Source of the DNA: Octopus bimaculoides
Taxonomy: Eukaryota
Length of the DNA: 58,438 bases
Reading direction: 5' to 3'
NCBI RefSeq assembly: GCF_001194135.2
Contig: NC_068984.1
Location: forward strand, 91,432,968 to 91,491,405
Each line of letters begins with the position of its first letter. Positions within the stretch are counted from its first letter, which is position 1. The notes beneath the pieces are model-generated. The model made no database searches. It saw only the letters and a program-made list of their open reading frames with translations, and was not told where the DNA came from. Made by a program: the position numbers and the translations under genes. Positions 1-12,445 of this stretch are shown in pieces.

Positions 1-420
1 AATACAATAGGGAGGGAGAGGGAGAACCGGCAGCAGTACATCATGCTGGTCAAATTCGTTAGGTTTTTAGGAAAAAGTTGAAAAAAACACAGCAGTGTTT
101 AAACGTGAGATTAAAAGTTTAGATCGGTAACAGAAATGAGAGTTAAAAATCGTAATTTTTAAAGGGAGTTAGAGACAAATTTCAGTCAGTTTTGGGCTAA
201 GGAGCAAAAACTTCAGCAAGTAGATGCGAAGACGATAGATCGCGTGAGATAGAGAAAAAATACATAAATAATCATGAATTCAAGACATAAATGTATAGTT
301 AGAGAGAATGAAGTGGGGTGGTGGATGGGGAGCGCATCAGAAGGGATAACATATGAAAAATAGGAATGACTTAGCTATTGTTCATGTCTTGGTGAGCTTC
401 GTCGTGGGTTCTATTAGGTA
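1..420 (+). promoter_or_regulatory. CpG-retaining, purine-rich segment; possible promoter-proximal or first-exon region
   Basis: 12 CpG in 420 bp versus about one in 651-1980. Possible donors TTG|gtgagc (about 392) and TAG|gtaatg (418). Confidence 0.3.
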
Positions 421-429
421 ATGGAGCTT

Positions 430-453
430 GTGTGTGTGTGCTATGTATAAGTA

Positions 454-485
<32 letters not shown>

Positions 486-618
486 AGCCTAGTACTTATT
501 CTATAGATCTCTTTTGCTGAACTGCTAAATTACAGGGACATAAGCACAGCAGCAACAGTTGCCAAGCAGTAGTGGAGGACAAGCAAAAAAGCCCCCCCAA
601 AAAATGCACACGCACGCA

Positions 619-642
<24 letters not shown>
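430..642 (-). mobile_element. 3' part of an OR-type octopus SINE between TG/TA and CA microsatellites
   Basis: cctagtacttattctat...aagcacagcagc...gttgccaagc (485-595) matches the 3' half of the fuller copy at 57356-57755. Confidence 0.65.
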
Positions 643-649
<7 letters not shown>

Positions 650-1996
650 TTGAAGGTTGGTGTTTGTAATATTACTTTTATTTTATGGTTGACATATCAC
701 AAACTCCATCCTTCAATTTTTATTATTCATACTCTCCAATGGAAATGGGATTTTGGGATTTTCTCTGTATTTAAAACTGCAATTTCCCAGAGTACATTGT
801 TCTTTTGCAATTTTCAGATAACTGCTGTCCATATTAGTGCTTCCTAAAGCAAACACCTGGATTATCTTATTCCAAATGACATAGAGTAAATATAGAATAT
901 TCATTTTAAGATAATGTTTTTGAAGCCTGATTCAAATCCTATTATATTGCATGATGTGGAATTTAACCTTGTTGGTATTTTAAATCATGTATTTATAGCT
1001 CCTTTTATATCTGTTAAATTAGGAATTTGCTTCTTGTTTTTATGGCACTCCCTTCAACAAAGTAGATTATTTTGTCTAGTTTATACAGTTAAAGTGGATA
1101 GGTAGTTAACCTGGGGCCCAGGGCAAATATTTTCTTATGCAGCCTGTTTCCTTTACTGTGTATATATTCCCCAACTTGTTTATGCAGTTTTATATCTTAC
1201 TTTAGTAGTAGAGCTTTTCAGTAAAGGAATTAAGGTTAATCTCTGAGTTGCATACAAAGCACAAAAGATTCAGTTTTCTTATCACCTGAAGCTAGATTGT
1301 TGTTTGAAAGAACTAGCAATTATTATTTTTTCATATAACAATAAAATGTTGGCAAGAAGGCAATACCCTATTGGCAAGAAAGCATATCCTGTTGAATCAG
1401 TACAGTTTTCACACTTTTAACTTAGTTGAAGTTAACTCCTATGTAAGACTTAGAAAGTAATGAGCTTGTCTCTTATGAAATAGACTAAATGCTTAAATCT
1501 AGCTTGTTCTTTTCAGTTTATTCCTCTCTTAATTTCTTCTGAAGGTAGCCAATATTTCAGAAGCAAAAGTCATTATTTTTTATCGTTTAAACCAGTTATT
1601 AAAAGAGTTATTTCATGGATCTTTATTTTGTTACTTCAAGTCTGCAGAAATTCTTATCTTCACTTTTTTCAGTTCCACCATTTGTTTTATATTTTAAAGT
1701 TGAAAGAAATAAATAGTTATAAATATTAACATCTTATTTCAGGTTAACACAATAAAATGACAACAAATTCATTAAATTATTTTATTAATCAGAAAACTAA
1801 GGACTCTAGTCATAATTTTTGCAGGCTTTTTCCATCTTTTTTGCTGCTGATGCCTAGTTTGAACATCTGTCAATGTCTGTATGAAATCTATAAGTAGAAA
1901 AGGAACTGCTTGAGCAGAGTAAACTCCTCTAAAAGCAGAAAAAGAATTACTTAGTGTTAAACTAGATGATATGGTAAGCTTGCCATTCCAAAACTA

Positions 1997-3237
1997 CAAG
2001 GGGAAGCTGAAAAGCTCATAGGCTGACCAAGATACTCTCATGGAATGTGACCAAATGTGGTTTGTTTTTCAATAAGCACCCCTTGTGGTCCACACATTTA
2101 TTCTATCGTTGTTGTAGTGCTTGGATCACATTTATGAAGAAGCTTTCATCCTGTTGCTCAAAAAACTCATCAACAATAGATATAATGTCATCACTGATGC
2201 AATACTATTTCCCAGCCAAATGTTTTTCTATGTTGGGGAACAGATGATATTCAGATGGGGCCAAATCAGGAAAATAGGGAGGGTGATTAACCAGTTCAAA
2301 GTCATAGTCACATACAGCAGCCACTGAAACCAAGGATTTGTGTGTTGGAGCATTGTCCTGATGAAACGAGACCCATTTTGTCAGTTTTCCTGGCTGTTTC
2401 ATTTTGATAGTCTTTCATAACTGTCTCAGCAAGTTAGCATAGTACACTCTATTGATGATGTGGCCCTTTTGAAGATAGTCAATAAACACAATGTCTTTTG
2501 CATCCCAAAACAATAAGGCCATTACCTTCCCTGCAGATGAAACAACCTCGGCCTTCTTTGGAGCAGGTGAAGATGGGGTGTTTCCACTGTATGGATTGTT
2601 TCTTTGTCTCTGGCTTAAAGTAATGAAGTGAACACTCATCTTGGCTTAGGAAACATTCAAGGAGACCATCTGGATCTGCCTCAAACTATGTTAGATTTTC
2701 CTGTGATGTTATTAGCCTGATGCACTTTTGATCAGGTATCAGAAAACATGACACCCACTGAGCAGAAACCTTCATCATACTAAGTTCAATGTGCAGAATA
2801 TTTTCAACTCTCACAGGATATGCTAATATCAATGGCTATTTGATTTATAGTCAATCACTTGTCATCCATCACCATGTGGTGAATTTGATCAATGTTTTCG
2901 TTGGGTCATCTTCAAGACTCTCCATTCTCCTCTTAAATTCAGCTGCTCATTGTTGCACTGTTGATAAAGCTGGAATGTCATCCCCTAATGTAACAACCAT
3001 GTCAGTATGAATGTCCTTGGGGCTAAATCCTTTTTCTACAGGTATTTGATAGCCTCACAATGTTCATTTTCATGAGAAGTCGCTACTTGTTACTTTTGAA
3101 GTCTTCTTTGAACAGTCAGATGTCAGTTTACCTGGAAAGAAACAATGCAGTTATTGATAAGAAGCGTTGAAATTAATGCATGCAAAATTTCACAGCTCTA
3201 GCATCACTGAGCTTATGAACTTTTTGGCCCACCCTCG
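1997..3237 (-). mobile_element. Near-full-length mariner DNA transposon with a dead transposase
   Basis: TA on both sides (1995-1996, 3238-3239). TIRs match 20/28. Minus-strand motifs KVSAQWV, MALLFWD, HQDNAP and HPPYFPDLAPSEYHLF; stops and frameshifts present. Confidence 0.92.
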
Positions 3238-4909
3238 TATGTTGTGTTTTCATGGCATTAGCACTAGAGAAGTTATCCAATTCAAATAGAAAATGAATTC
3301 AGGTGAAGACATATATATTGGAATCAGTCTGATATTTGTCAGCTACTAAAGCTTTTAGTGAAGTTCATGAGTTTGATATATTCATATGCTATAGGAAGAA
3401 GAATCAAATACTTTGAGACTAACTCTTTGTCTGAAAGACAGAGAGAGAAAAAAGTATTTAGCATTTCTAGATGAAAACAATATTGTCAATTATGTTTACA
3501 TTTATTTAGGTAAGATCTGGAATCCAAAGAAAGTAGTGGTCATTTATTTTTTCTCATTATGATAATTTGACCCCAAAATACATATATTGTAGTGAAGATA
3601 AATATCCTGAACTCAACATTAAGCACTACTCACCAGTGATTAAACCATTAACAGGAGTAAGATACCATTCACAATATAATCATATACATGATCATAGCTA
3701 AATTTGAGCTGTGATATTGCACTATCCCACCTGCTAAGTATATTCTATCTCCTTAGCTTTTTTGTTAATGCAAGGCTGACTGTGTTTTCATGTACTGAAT
3801 TATTATGCTTTTAAAGTGTCCTATAGAATTTTTAGTGATGAATGCACTTGTTACAATTGTGCTTTATGAAACTAAGTAATTTCCTGTGTATGTATGTAAA
3901 TTCTAGTTAGTTTCCTTGCTTCAATGAATCCAGTTCACCTTGGTGATTCAATTTTGTTCTGAAGCATAGAGTGAAGCTAACTATTTTGAATTGCATGGAA
4001 TTAGTTTTGAAAAAAATTTTTTTTTTTAATTTCAATAAGCATTTCTATTGTTATAGATGTGCAGTCTGTGGTATATTTATTTAAATATCCTGCAGAGGAT
4101 GTGTACTTCAACTATTTTATGGTGAATTGAGGGATTCTCAACATGGTTGTTTGATCTACTAAAAATAGCTGCTTATCTCCCTCAAATTTTGATGTACTGT
4201 CTTAAAAAAAGGAGAATGTTGAATAATGTAATCCCAGAAATACTATAATTAAATGAAAAGACAGAAAGCTCATGAAAGCTAGAATAGTTTTGATCCTAGG
4301 TTTGCTCAGTCATGGCCGATATGAGTCTAAAAGTAACAACCCGCACAAGCATAGAGCCTCACTCTAACACAGACAATACTGAAACATACATAGCTTATAC
4401 AAAAAAGTCCTTGTGTACATGCATACATGCACTCACATGAACACACACACATGCACACATATATGGATTAACATTAGTGTAATTGAATATACATTAATGT
4501 TAATTCAGCTGGAATATCTTTGATTGTAGATTTGTTCGATTAGGATTGACTTAAAACAAATATATTGGATTGTTTACATAGCAGAGGCCATTGTTCCTTA
4601 GTCAACATCATGTCAAATTATGTTCATTGGTATATGTCCAAAATTAGTGGTTTGCAGAAGTCTTTTTCTTAGGGAAGGTTGTTTTCCTGTTCTGATGCTG
4701 TGTTAGAGGTTTGTGTCCATAATAAGCATATGTTATTCTGAAGATGGTAATTGTGCTAATATTCTGACAAAATACTTTGCTAACTACCAACTAATTACTC
4801 TTACTTGCATTATCTCAAATATAATAGAAACAATTGTAAGCAATTACTTCTTTTACTCTCTGAATCTTTTAGGACATCATTTTTGCTGTAACAGGTGGGT
4901 TTTCCCAGG

Positions 4910-5925
4910 GTCAGCAAAATGCCAAAATCATCATCCTAAGCTCACTCAGTTACATACATGCAAGGCCCTGTCCCAACCATTTTCCTCCCTTCCCCACCTA
5001 TGGTACTACTTGGCTACTGCACTCACCTGAGAGCACAATCAGCACGTTTCATTTCATTCCCTCCCTAATGGTCTCCCCTCTTCCACATCATCCCTATCCA
5101 CATTATTTCAATCAGTCACTCTCTTTCTATGCCTTCAGCTTCTGCTCTCTCTCCCGCTCTGCTATACTCCATTTTAAACACCTCTCTTATCTGCTAGCAT
5201 TCTCAATGCCCTCCCATATCTACTATCATAACTCACATACTATAGTCCCATATGTTTCCATCTCCAGTGCTCCTACACCTTGCCCCTTTTTTATCTTGTC
5301 CTTCCTGATGCACTCCTAAAACTCCTACCTAACTCCTCTCCATACTCATATTTCCCATCATCTGCACTCTTACCCTTTCTCATCACTCACTACATTAACC
5401 TCTATTTCCACCTGTTTACTCTGACTTCCCACTCCTATCAAAGCATCCACACACTCATCCCTTCCCATGACCCACTGTCAGGATCTCTTTTCCTCATTTT
5501 CTTGCTCTTTGAGAGTTTTCTCTCACACCCTATCACTACCTTCCTCTTATCTCTTTCAGTCATGCTTCTTCTCTACAGCAAGAGACCTGTACTTGTCCTG
5601 ATATCATAATTTAGCCTATCAACACTGGCATAAAGCTACCCACTTCCACATTCTCCTCCTAAATATTTTCTCTTAGCAGTGGAAACTTTTCCCTTTCCTT
5701 TTCCACTTTTCTTGAAAGTTGTATAGCATCCTCACTAGTACTAGTGGCCCAAAAAAGCACCCAGTACACTCTGTAAAGTGGTTAATATTAGGAAGGGCAT
5801 TCACCCATAGAAACCATTGCCAAAGATGACATGCAGCTCACTAGTTCTCTGTCAAACTGTCCAACCCATGCTATCATGGAAAGTGGATGTTAAGATAAGG
5901 ATGATGATGATAATGATGATCCCTT
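4910..5925 (+). mobile_element. 5'-truncated RTE LINE 3' end (long pyrimidine-rich UTR plus conserved tail)
   Basis: Tail aggaagggcat...ccaacccatgctatcatggaaagtggatgtt-(gat)n at about 5745-5925. The upstream CT-rich part resembles the reverse complement of the 3' UTR of the RTE copy at 48780-49200. Confidence 0.5.
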
Positions 5926-6974
5926 TGAAACTCTTTTCCTCCTTATTGACCACCAGTATGGTTTCTGGGGAGCCAGATCACCTAGAAATTTACTCTTCTG
6001 TGTCACTTTCTAGTAGTCTGTCACTCTTAGGAGCTTCAATGAAAGTATTGTTCTTGCACTTGATGATAGCAGAGCCTTTGACTGTGTCAGGTAGGGGAAT
6101 CTTCTGGTTAAATGTATCCATATGACCTAGTAGATGAAAGTTAAGGGTTAAAGATTTCTAGTTTCAGTCAAGTCCAATACTATGTGCATATCTTAGCTTA
6201 AAACATTTGATGATGACTGGAAATCAAACTAGTTGAAAGGCAGTGAAAATGTAAATATTAAAAAAATGTTTTCTCACTAAAAATGAAGTTAATAATTTGA
6301 AAAATTATCTTGATAAAAGTTGCCACATATATTTGACCAAGGTTTATTGTGTTTTAATTACTGGTGGCAAACCTTATGCTTTAAAATAGAAACAAATGTT
6401 TTTTACAGTTAAATGCTTTTATTTTGACTTGTACATTAATATCAAAATATCAACAATTATTGTAACTACTTTAAATTGATAAAAGTTTAAATTTGAAGAT
6501 TTAATAGGTAGAAGAAAGGTCAAACTAAAATAAGTTATTTGATATTATAATTTTAATAAAATAATTGTGCAACCTGGAATATATTGTTGAATGTATAGTA
6601 GTGAAGTCACAAAGGTCTTTTCTATTTTATTTTTGTAAACAGCACTTGACGTATTAATCTTCAGATAGTGTTATAATGTTATTCATAAACATATTTTTTT
6701 TGTTTATTATTCCACATTAAAAAATGCTACCTCATTTACTTTCAGTTTTCAGACCCTGATTTATTGCTGTTTACAGACTCAACCATTTGAAGCTAAAAAG
6801 ATATGTGATATTATTCACAGAAGCTACTGTTTCCCTCTGTAGCCATTATGCAATGCTCCTATCAATTTCATAATTATCTATTGCTCATGTATTTACAATA
6901 GTTTCAGGAAAATTTGGACACTGTTTCTGTGATGTACTATGAGAGTAAAATGTCTTATCAGAGACAAAATATAG

Positions 6975-8260
6975 CATCATCATCATCATCATCATCATCG
7001 TTTAACATCCGCTTTCCATGCTAGCATGGGTTGGACGATTTGACTGAGGACTAGGTAATGGAAGCTATCAACTACTTCTAGTTTTTCTCCCTGGAATATG
7101 GCAGTTGTTCTCTGCACATTTTCAGTGTTTATTGCTCCTGAGCATCTGCTACATGCAAAAACTATCTTCCTAGTTAGCCTTCCTTTGATATTGCTGCACC
7201 TCTTATGTGTCCATAGCTTACACTGGGTACATCTTATGGAGTTTCTACCTACGCCTTTTCTACAGATCGAGCAGGGCCATCTACCTGAAGTTGTTTGTGG
7301 TTTGTCTACCTTTCTACTTATTAGGACTGGCTTTAGCTAGGTTGACTCTAAGCCCTTCGATTCGAATCCTTGCTTCCACACCTGAAACTTCTCCTCTAAT
7401 TGTGATAGTGACTCAGCAATTAGTGCAAGGTCATCAGCATAGAGGAGCTCCCAGGGGCATCCTGTCTTGAATTCCTCTGTGGACCCCTACCTCTACCCTG
7501 AATTCTTCACTGTACTCGTTGCCAACCCTCACTTTACTGATGGTGTCCCTGTACATGGCTCGCACAGCTCTCACTAACCATTCATCTATCCCTAGTTTCC
7601 TGATTGACCATCAGATAAGGGATTGGGGGACCCTGTCAAAGGCTTTCTCCATGTCAACGAAAGCCAGGTACAGAGGTTTATCTTTTGCTAGATATTTCTC
7701 CTGCAGCTGTCTTATCAGAAATATGGCATTAATGGTGCTTTTCCCTGGCATGAACCCAAACTGCATCTCATTTAAGCTGACTCTTTCCCTAATTAGTTAG
7801 GCTATGACCCTCTCAGTGACCTTCATTACCTGGTCCAACAACTTGATACCTCTGTAATTGTTTGTGTCTAAAGCGTCACCTTTACCGACTATGGTGCTGC
7901 TTACACCAGTCATTGGGTATGACTCCTTCGTGTATCACCTGGTTAACTATATGGGTGACTAGGCTATAGCCGACACTGCCAGATATTTTGAGCATCTCTG
8001 CAGTGATTCCTGATGGGCTGGGGGCTTTCCCTGTCTTTATACTCTTGATTGCTTTATCTACCAAGAATAGCTGGTCCCTCTGTTGGGTCGACATTCGGCA
8101 GACTCTCTTTCTCTCATTCATTCTCTTTATTAAGCAACCTTTCATAGTGGCGTCTCCAAACCTCTCTCTTTGCAGCCTCGTTTAGTGCAAGTGAGTCATC
8201 ATCCATGCGGAGACATTTCTCTCCTAAGCCATCATCCATGCGAACATGGGAATAGAGCTC
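6975..8260 (-). mobile_element. RTE-clade LINE fragment: RT domain with embedded PHD finger, two internal deletions and (CAT)n tail
   Basis: Minus-strand peptides IKTGKAPSPSGITAEMLK, NYRGIKLLDQVMKV, QFGFMPGKST, LAFVDMEKAFDRVP and GCPWELLYADDL (YADD at 7430-7441). C4HC3 motif at 7142-7273. The GVxQGSxLSP motif and the ORF C-terminus are deleted. Confidence 0.92.
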
Positions 8261-8859
8261 TTTTTCTACTATCTTAATAACTTCACCACTTTAGAGTTCT
8301 TTAGCTGTCTACCTTCTGTTAAAATATTAATTTTTAACTGTTATTTTTCTTAAGTATGTTGATAAAAAAACACAAAACACCAGTTCATCTTAACCGAAGA
8401 TTTGGGAATATTATTCTTTGTAATTAAACTCCATTATTTTGTGTGGTGGTTTCACTGATATCTAATGTTTCCTTGTCATATTCAGCCAGCCGATTCTCTG
8501 ATCATCATTGTGGTCAGCAACAATATTGCTGCTGCTGTCACCCTTCCACCTCCTCTTCCTCCATTTTTATGTTTATATGGTAATTTATGTTTTATATACA
8601 CTTCATTTTGTAGCAGTCAAAGCTTTTACTATTCCATTCATTATCCTAAATGTATTAAATAAATTTGTGAGTAACAGCTTTGTTGGTTACAATTTTCCAG
8701 CTTGATCATTGGCTCACTGCATTTTCTGAGTAACAAGGAAGAGAAAGAGTTATAGCGAAATACCTCCAGGGATTTTGTCTATTAACACTTTTTCTCTTGC
8801 TTGTGTTCATAACCTTAGCTGGTAGAGAGGGGGGAGTGAGAGATAGAGAGAGGGGTTTC

Positions 8860-9008
8860 GTCATAGTTTCCATTCAACCAAATTCTGCTCATTGATTTTG
8901 GTCAACCTTGAGCTATGGTAAAAGAGACTTTCCCAAGGTGTCACACTTCTGGATTGAACCTGGAACCATGTGGTTGGGAAGTGAGATTCTTAACCATACA
9001 GCCATACC
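8860..9008 (-). mobile_element. tRNA/CORE-type SINE head
   Basis: Reverse complement shows ggctgtatggttaag (A box), ggttcaatcc (B box) and ccttgggaaagt (CORE-like). Confidence 0.65.
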
Positions 9009-9069
9009 AAGTTTTGATGTTCAGTTTTGTTTTCATGTAACATGAAATTTGTATAAAAATTGTTTTAAT

Positions 9070-9205
9070 GTGCTGGGTAGCTGGTGTTAGGAAGGGCATC
9101 CAGCTGTAAAAACCATCCAAAACAGGCACAGAAGTGGTGCAGACTCCTTCCTGGCCAGCTCCTGTCAGCTGGTCCAGGAAGGCAAATGATGATGATGACG
9201 ATGTT
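9070..9205 (+). mobile_element. RTE-tail SINE or LINE 3' fragment
   Basis: ggtgttaggaagggcatccagctgtaaaaacc ending in (gat)n. Confidence 0.7.
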
Positions 9206-9235
9206 GGAGATATGTAAATTGTGATTCACCTACAG

Positions 9236-9490
9236 CAGTTTTTCTCAACCATTTTTATCTCTGGACCCCTTTGATTCCTATTTTACTCAGATGACTCCTC
9301 ATAGCCATTCAATGCTAAAAAAAAATCCTGTTATATTTTTCATAATTAAATATTATTAGGAGTTGTATGAAGATAATTATTAAAATATTCTGTGTGTTGT
9401 AGAAGCATGACCAATTTATAGCATAAATTTTAATAACAAAATCTTATATGGACCCCCAAGGACCATAACGACCCTGGTTAAGAACCACTG
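9236..9490. mobile_element. hAT (Charlie-like) MITE, 255 bp
   Basis: TIRs cagtttttctcaacca and cagtggttcttaacca (13/16). 8-bp TSD acctacag (9228-9235) and acctacaa (9491-9498). Confidence 0.85.
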
Positions 9491-9552
9491 ACCTACAACT
9501 TGTACCCTAGATAGGAAATCCTGTTACTTTTTTTCTATTTCAAATTGGTTAT

Positions 9553-10260
9553 TATCATCATCATCAGCATCATCACCATCATCATTGTTTAATGTCTGCT
9601 TTCCATGCTAGCACGGGTTGGACGATTTGACTGAGGACTGGCAAACCAGATTGCTACACCAGGCTCCAATCTGATTTGGCAGAGTTTCTACAGCTGGATG
9701 CCCTTCCTAACGCCAACCACTCCAAGAGTGTAGTGTGTGCTTTTGCGTGCCACTGGCACAAAGGCCAGTCAAGCGGTACTGGCAACGGCCACACTCAAAA
9801 TGGTGTATTTTACATGCCACCTGCACAGGAGCCAGTCCAGTGGCACTGGCAACGACCTCGCTCGAATGTCTTTTCACGTGTCAGGTAACGATCATGCTCA
9901 AATGGTGCTATTTACGTGCCACTGGCACAGAAGCCAGGCAGCTGCTCTGGCAACGATCACACTCAGATGGTGCTCTTAGCACTCCACTGGTACAGGTGTC
10001 ATCTCAATTTCATTTTCACTTGTCCCAACAGGTCTTCGCAAGCCGAGTTTAGTGTCCAATGGAGGAGACGTTGGCATGGGTGCCAGTCGTCGAATTTGGT
10101 TCGATTTCGATTTCACTTGCCTCAACAGGTCTTTGCAAGCGGAGTTTAGTGTCCAGTGAAGGAAAAGGTATGCATAAGTATGGGCTGGCTACACCCCTGG
10201 CAGAGGCCTCGGATTATGGTCTCACGCACAGCATATTTCCAAAGGTCTGTGATTGAATGA
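9553..10260 (-). mobile_element. RTE 3' end with internal tandem hairpin repeats
   Basis: (CAT)n plus the same tail as 6975-7056. Then 4-5 units of about 65 bp (gtgccactggcac...gccagt...actggcaacg) and two roughly 100-bp repeats (caacaggtctt-gcaagc-gagtttagtgtcca). Confidence 0.75.
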
Positions 10261-11094
10261 TTAGTCTTTACAGTAGATGTATCTAATGGTAATACTATCT
10301 AGTTGGTCTGTTCTTTGACTGTTGTTCATCTCTATGTGTGTGTGTGAATACATACATCTTGTATTTGGTCAATCTGTCCTCTGTCCAGGCTAATTTTTTT
10401 ATGTAGAAATTAATTTTCAGTTGGTCTGCTCTTATTAAATATTTACCACTCATTTTCTTTTATTCAGTTGATCTTCTGTTCTTTTATATTTCATTGGCTT
10501 TCATATATGATTAAATCAGACACCTTTTAATTTTAAGATTTTTTAACATTTCTCATACAATTTCTATTTCTAAGTTTAATTTTTTTTTTATTCTACTACA
10601 AGCAGAAAGATTTACCTGTCCCCAGTATGTCACCAAACTTCTCCGAGGAAGTCCATAAGCTGCCAGTACTGATGCTATAACAAATAATGTAATTTGCTAA
10701 CCCTGATACAGTGGTGTTAACAAAACTAATGGAAAATTATTACTGAAAAATCTTATGAGATGGAAAAATACATATTTTAGTACTTAGGATTTAGTACTTT
10801 ATATCATTGAAAGTATAAAGTCCATTGTCTAATCTACATTTATTGGATTGTTATTTCTGTACATCAGTATTCTCATTCTGTAGATTGCATAATTTGAAAA
10901 CGGGACTGGATGATACAATGTGGATGCTTGTTACGTGTAGATCCAAACTTGAAAAGTCCATTGTGATATTTGTTAAATGAAACAAATATATTTAGATGTT
11001 TACATGCTCCAACTGAAATGTCTTTTTACTGATAAGTCTCAGAAATTTCTGAAGATATAAATCAAGTGTAATGCTTAGAGGTTAATATTCTTTC

Positions 11095-11225
11095 TTACTG
11101 CTTTCAATCATTGAACTGTGGCCATTCTGGAGCATCGTCATCTGTGGTTTTAGTCAATCATATTAATTCCTGTACTTATTTCTGACAGGAACTTACTTTA
11201 TCGATCTCTATTTTCAAATGGTAAA
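11095..11225 (-). mobile_element. OR-type SINE 3' fragment
   Basis: actgtggccattctggagca...tacttattt...tcgatctct, resembling 57360-57480. Confidence 0.5.
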
Positions 11226-11964
11226 CTACTTTTAACATAGAGAGATGCAACTTTCTACATCACACACACATGTACCACTGCCCATACAAACAGGAATATC
11301 ATTAAATTTCATTTGTAGAGCATCCACAAAGCTTACCCGAGATATTGCAGTGATGGTTTGCTGTTACCTTCCTTCAGAGTCTATCCCATATGGGTACATG
11401 AACTGCAACTGTTCAATGATGCTTCTGCATGATAGAAACATAGAAACAAATCACCCAGTCAAAATTAGGTGTAAGGATACTATCACGATACTATTGACAA
11501 AGTGGCTCAGAGGTTAGTGACAGTAGAAAATGTGTGAATGAAAACCTGTGAGGTTTCCATCCACACTAAAGTGGAATAGTTAACATTAAACCACATCAGA
11601 AAATAAAAATTTAAAAACCCTGCAAATACACCATGTCCAAATTGTTATTTGCAGTTCTACTGATGTGGATTTAAATATTTTAATTTCTGTGTTAATTGAA
11701 TGTTTGTCTCAATGTAACAGTGGACAAGGTCATGATCTTCAAAGATGATAATTGATTGAATCCTGCTCACATCAAAAATACATATATACTACTCACAATT
11801 GCATAGTTTGTTAAAGCCTGAAGATATCCAAACACATTGAACTGAACATGATAATATAATGTAGATGAAATAAGTGTCCATGTTAAGTATATAGTAGTGA
11901 AACCTCTTTACAATCATTATGGGATTTTAAATAGACTAAAATATTTAAAATTTACTCATAACTT

Positions 11965-12080
11965 TGTGATAACCACATGGTGCCTGGTTCAGTCTCATTG
12001 CAAGGCAACTTTGGTAAGTGTTTTCTATTATAACCTTGAGTTAACCAATGCCTTGTGAGTAAAATTTGAATGGAAACTCT
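11965..12080 (+). mobile_element. CORE-type SINE fragment
   Basis: accacatggtgcctggttcagtc...ggtaagtgttttcta...gccttgtgagt...ggaaact. Confidence 0.6.
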
Positions 12081-12309
12081 ACAAAAGTTTGTTGAGTGTG
12101 TATATGTGTAATACACATACACACATGAATGTGCTATTCATGTCTCTTCCTATTGACACCATTCTGCAAACAGTGACAATATTTGTCCCACATAAATAAA
12201 AGGTAAAGCTCATCATTTGTGTGAAGTCAGGCAGTAAAGACCTCATTTGAAAAAATAAGTAGATGAAGGACAATGGAATATGATCTTTACAAATCTCTCT
12301 AATCTATAG

Positions 12310-12445
12310 ATTGGCAGAATTGCTAGAGCATTGGACAAAAGGTCTTGTATTTGTCATGGTTATTTACATTCTGAGTTCAAATTCCGTTGAGGCCAATATT
12401 GCCTTTCATCCTTTGAAGATCAATAAAAATAAATTACCAGTCAAA
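12310..12445 (+). mobile_element. tRNA-derived SINE (gagttcaaattc / gcctttcatcc family)
   Basis: tggcagaattg A box, gagttcaaattcc B box and gcctttcatcctt central motif. Confidence 0.65.

Noticed and set aside
2240-2290. Mariner third catalytic residue reads E (PSEY), suggesting a DD34E variant
   Set aside because: Single decayed copy with many substitutions; one point change explains it.
9741-9990. Palindromic repeat array resembling a CRISPR
   Set aside because: Units are degenerate tandem copies without unique spacers, lie inside an RTE 3' UTR in a eukaryote, and have no cas genes.
10603-10680. Candidate upstream exon after a polypyrimidine tract
   Set aside because: No donor giving the phase 1 needed for exon A, and all frames close quickly.
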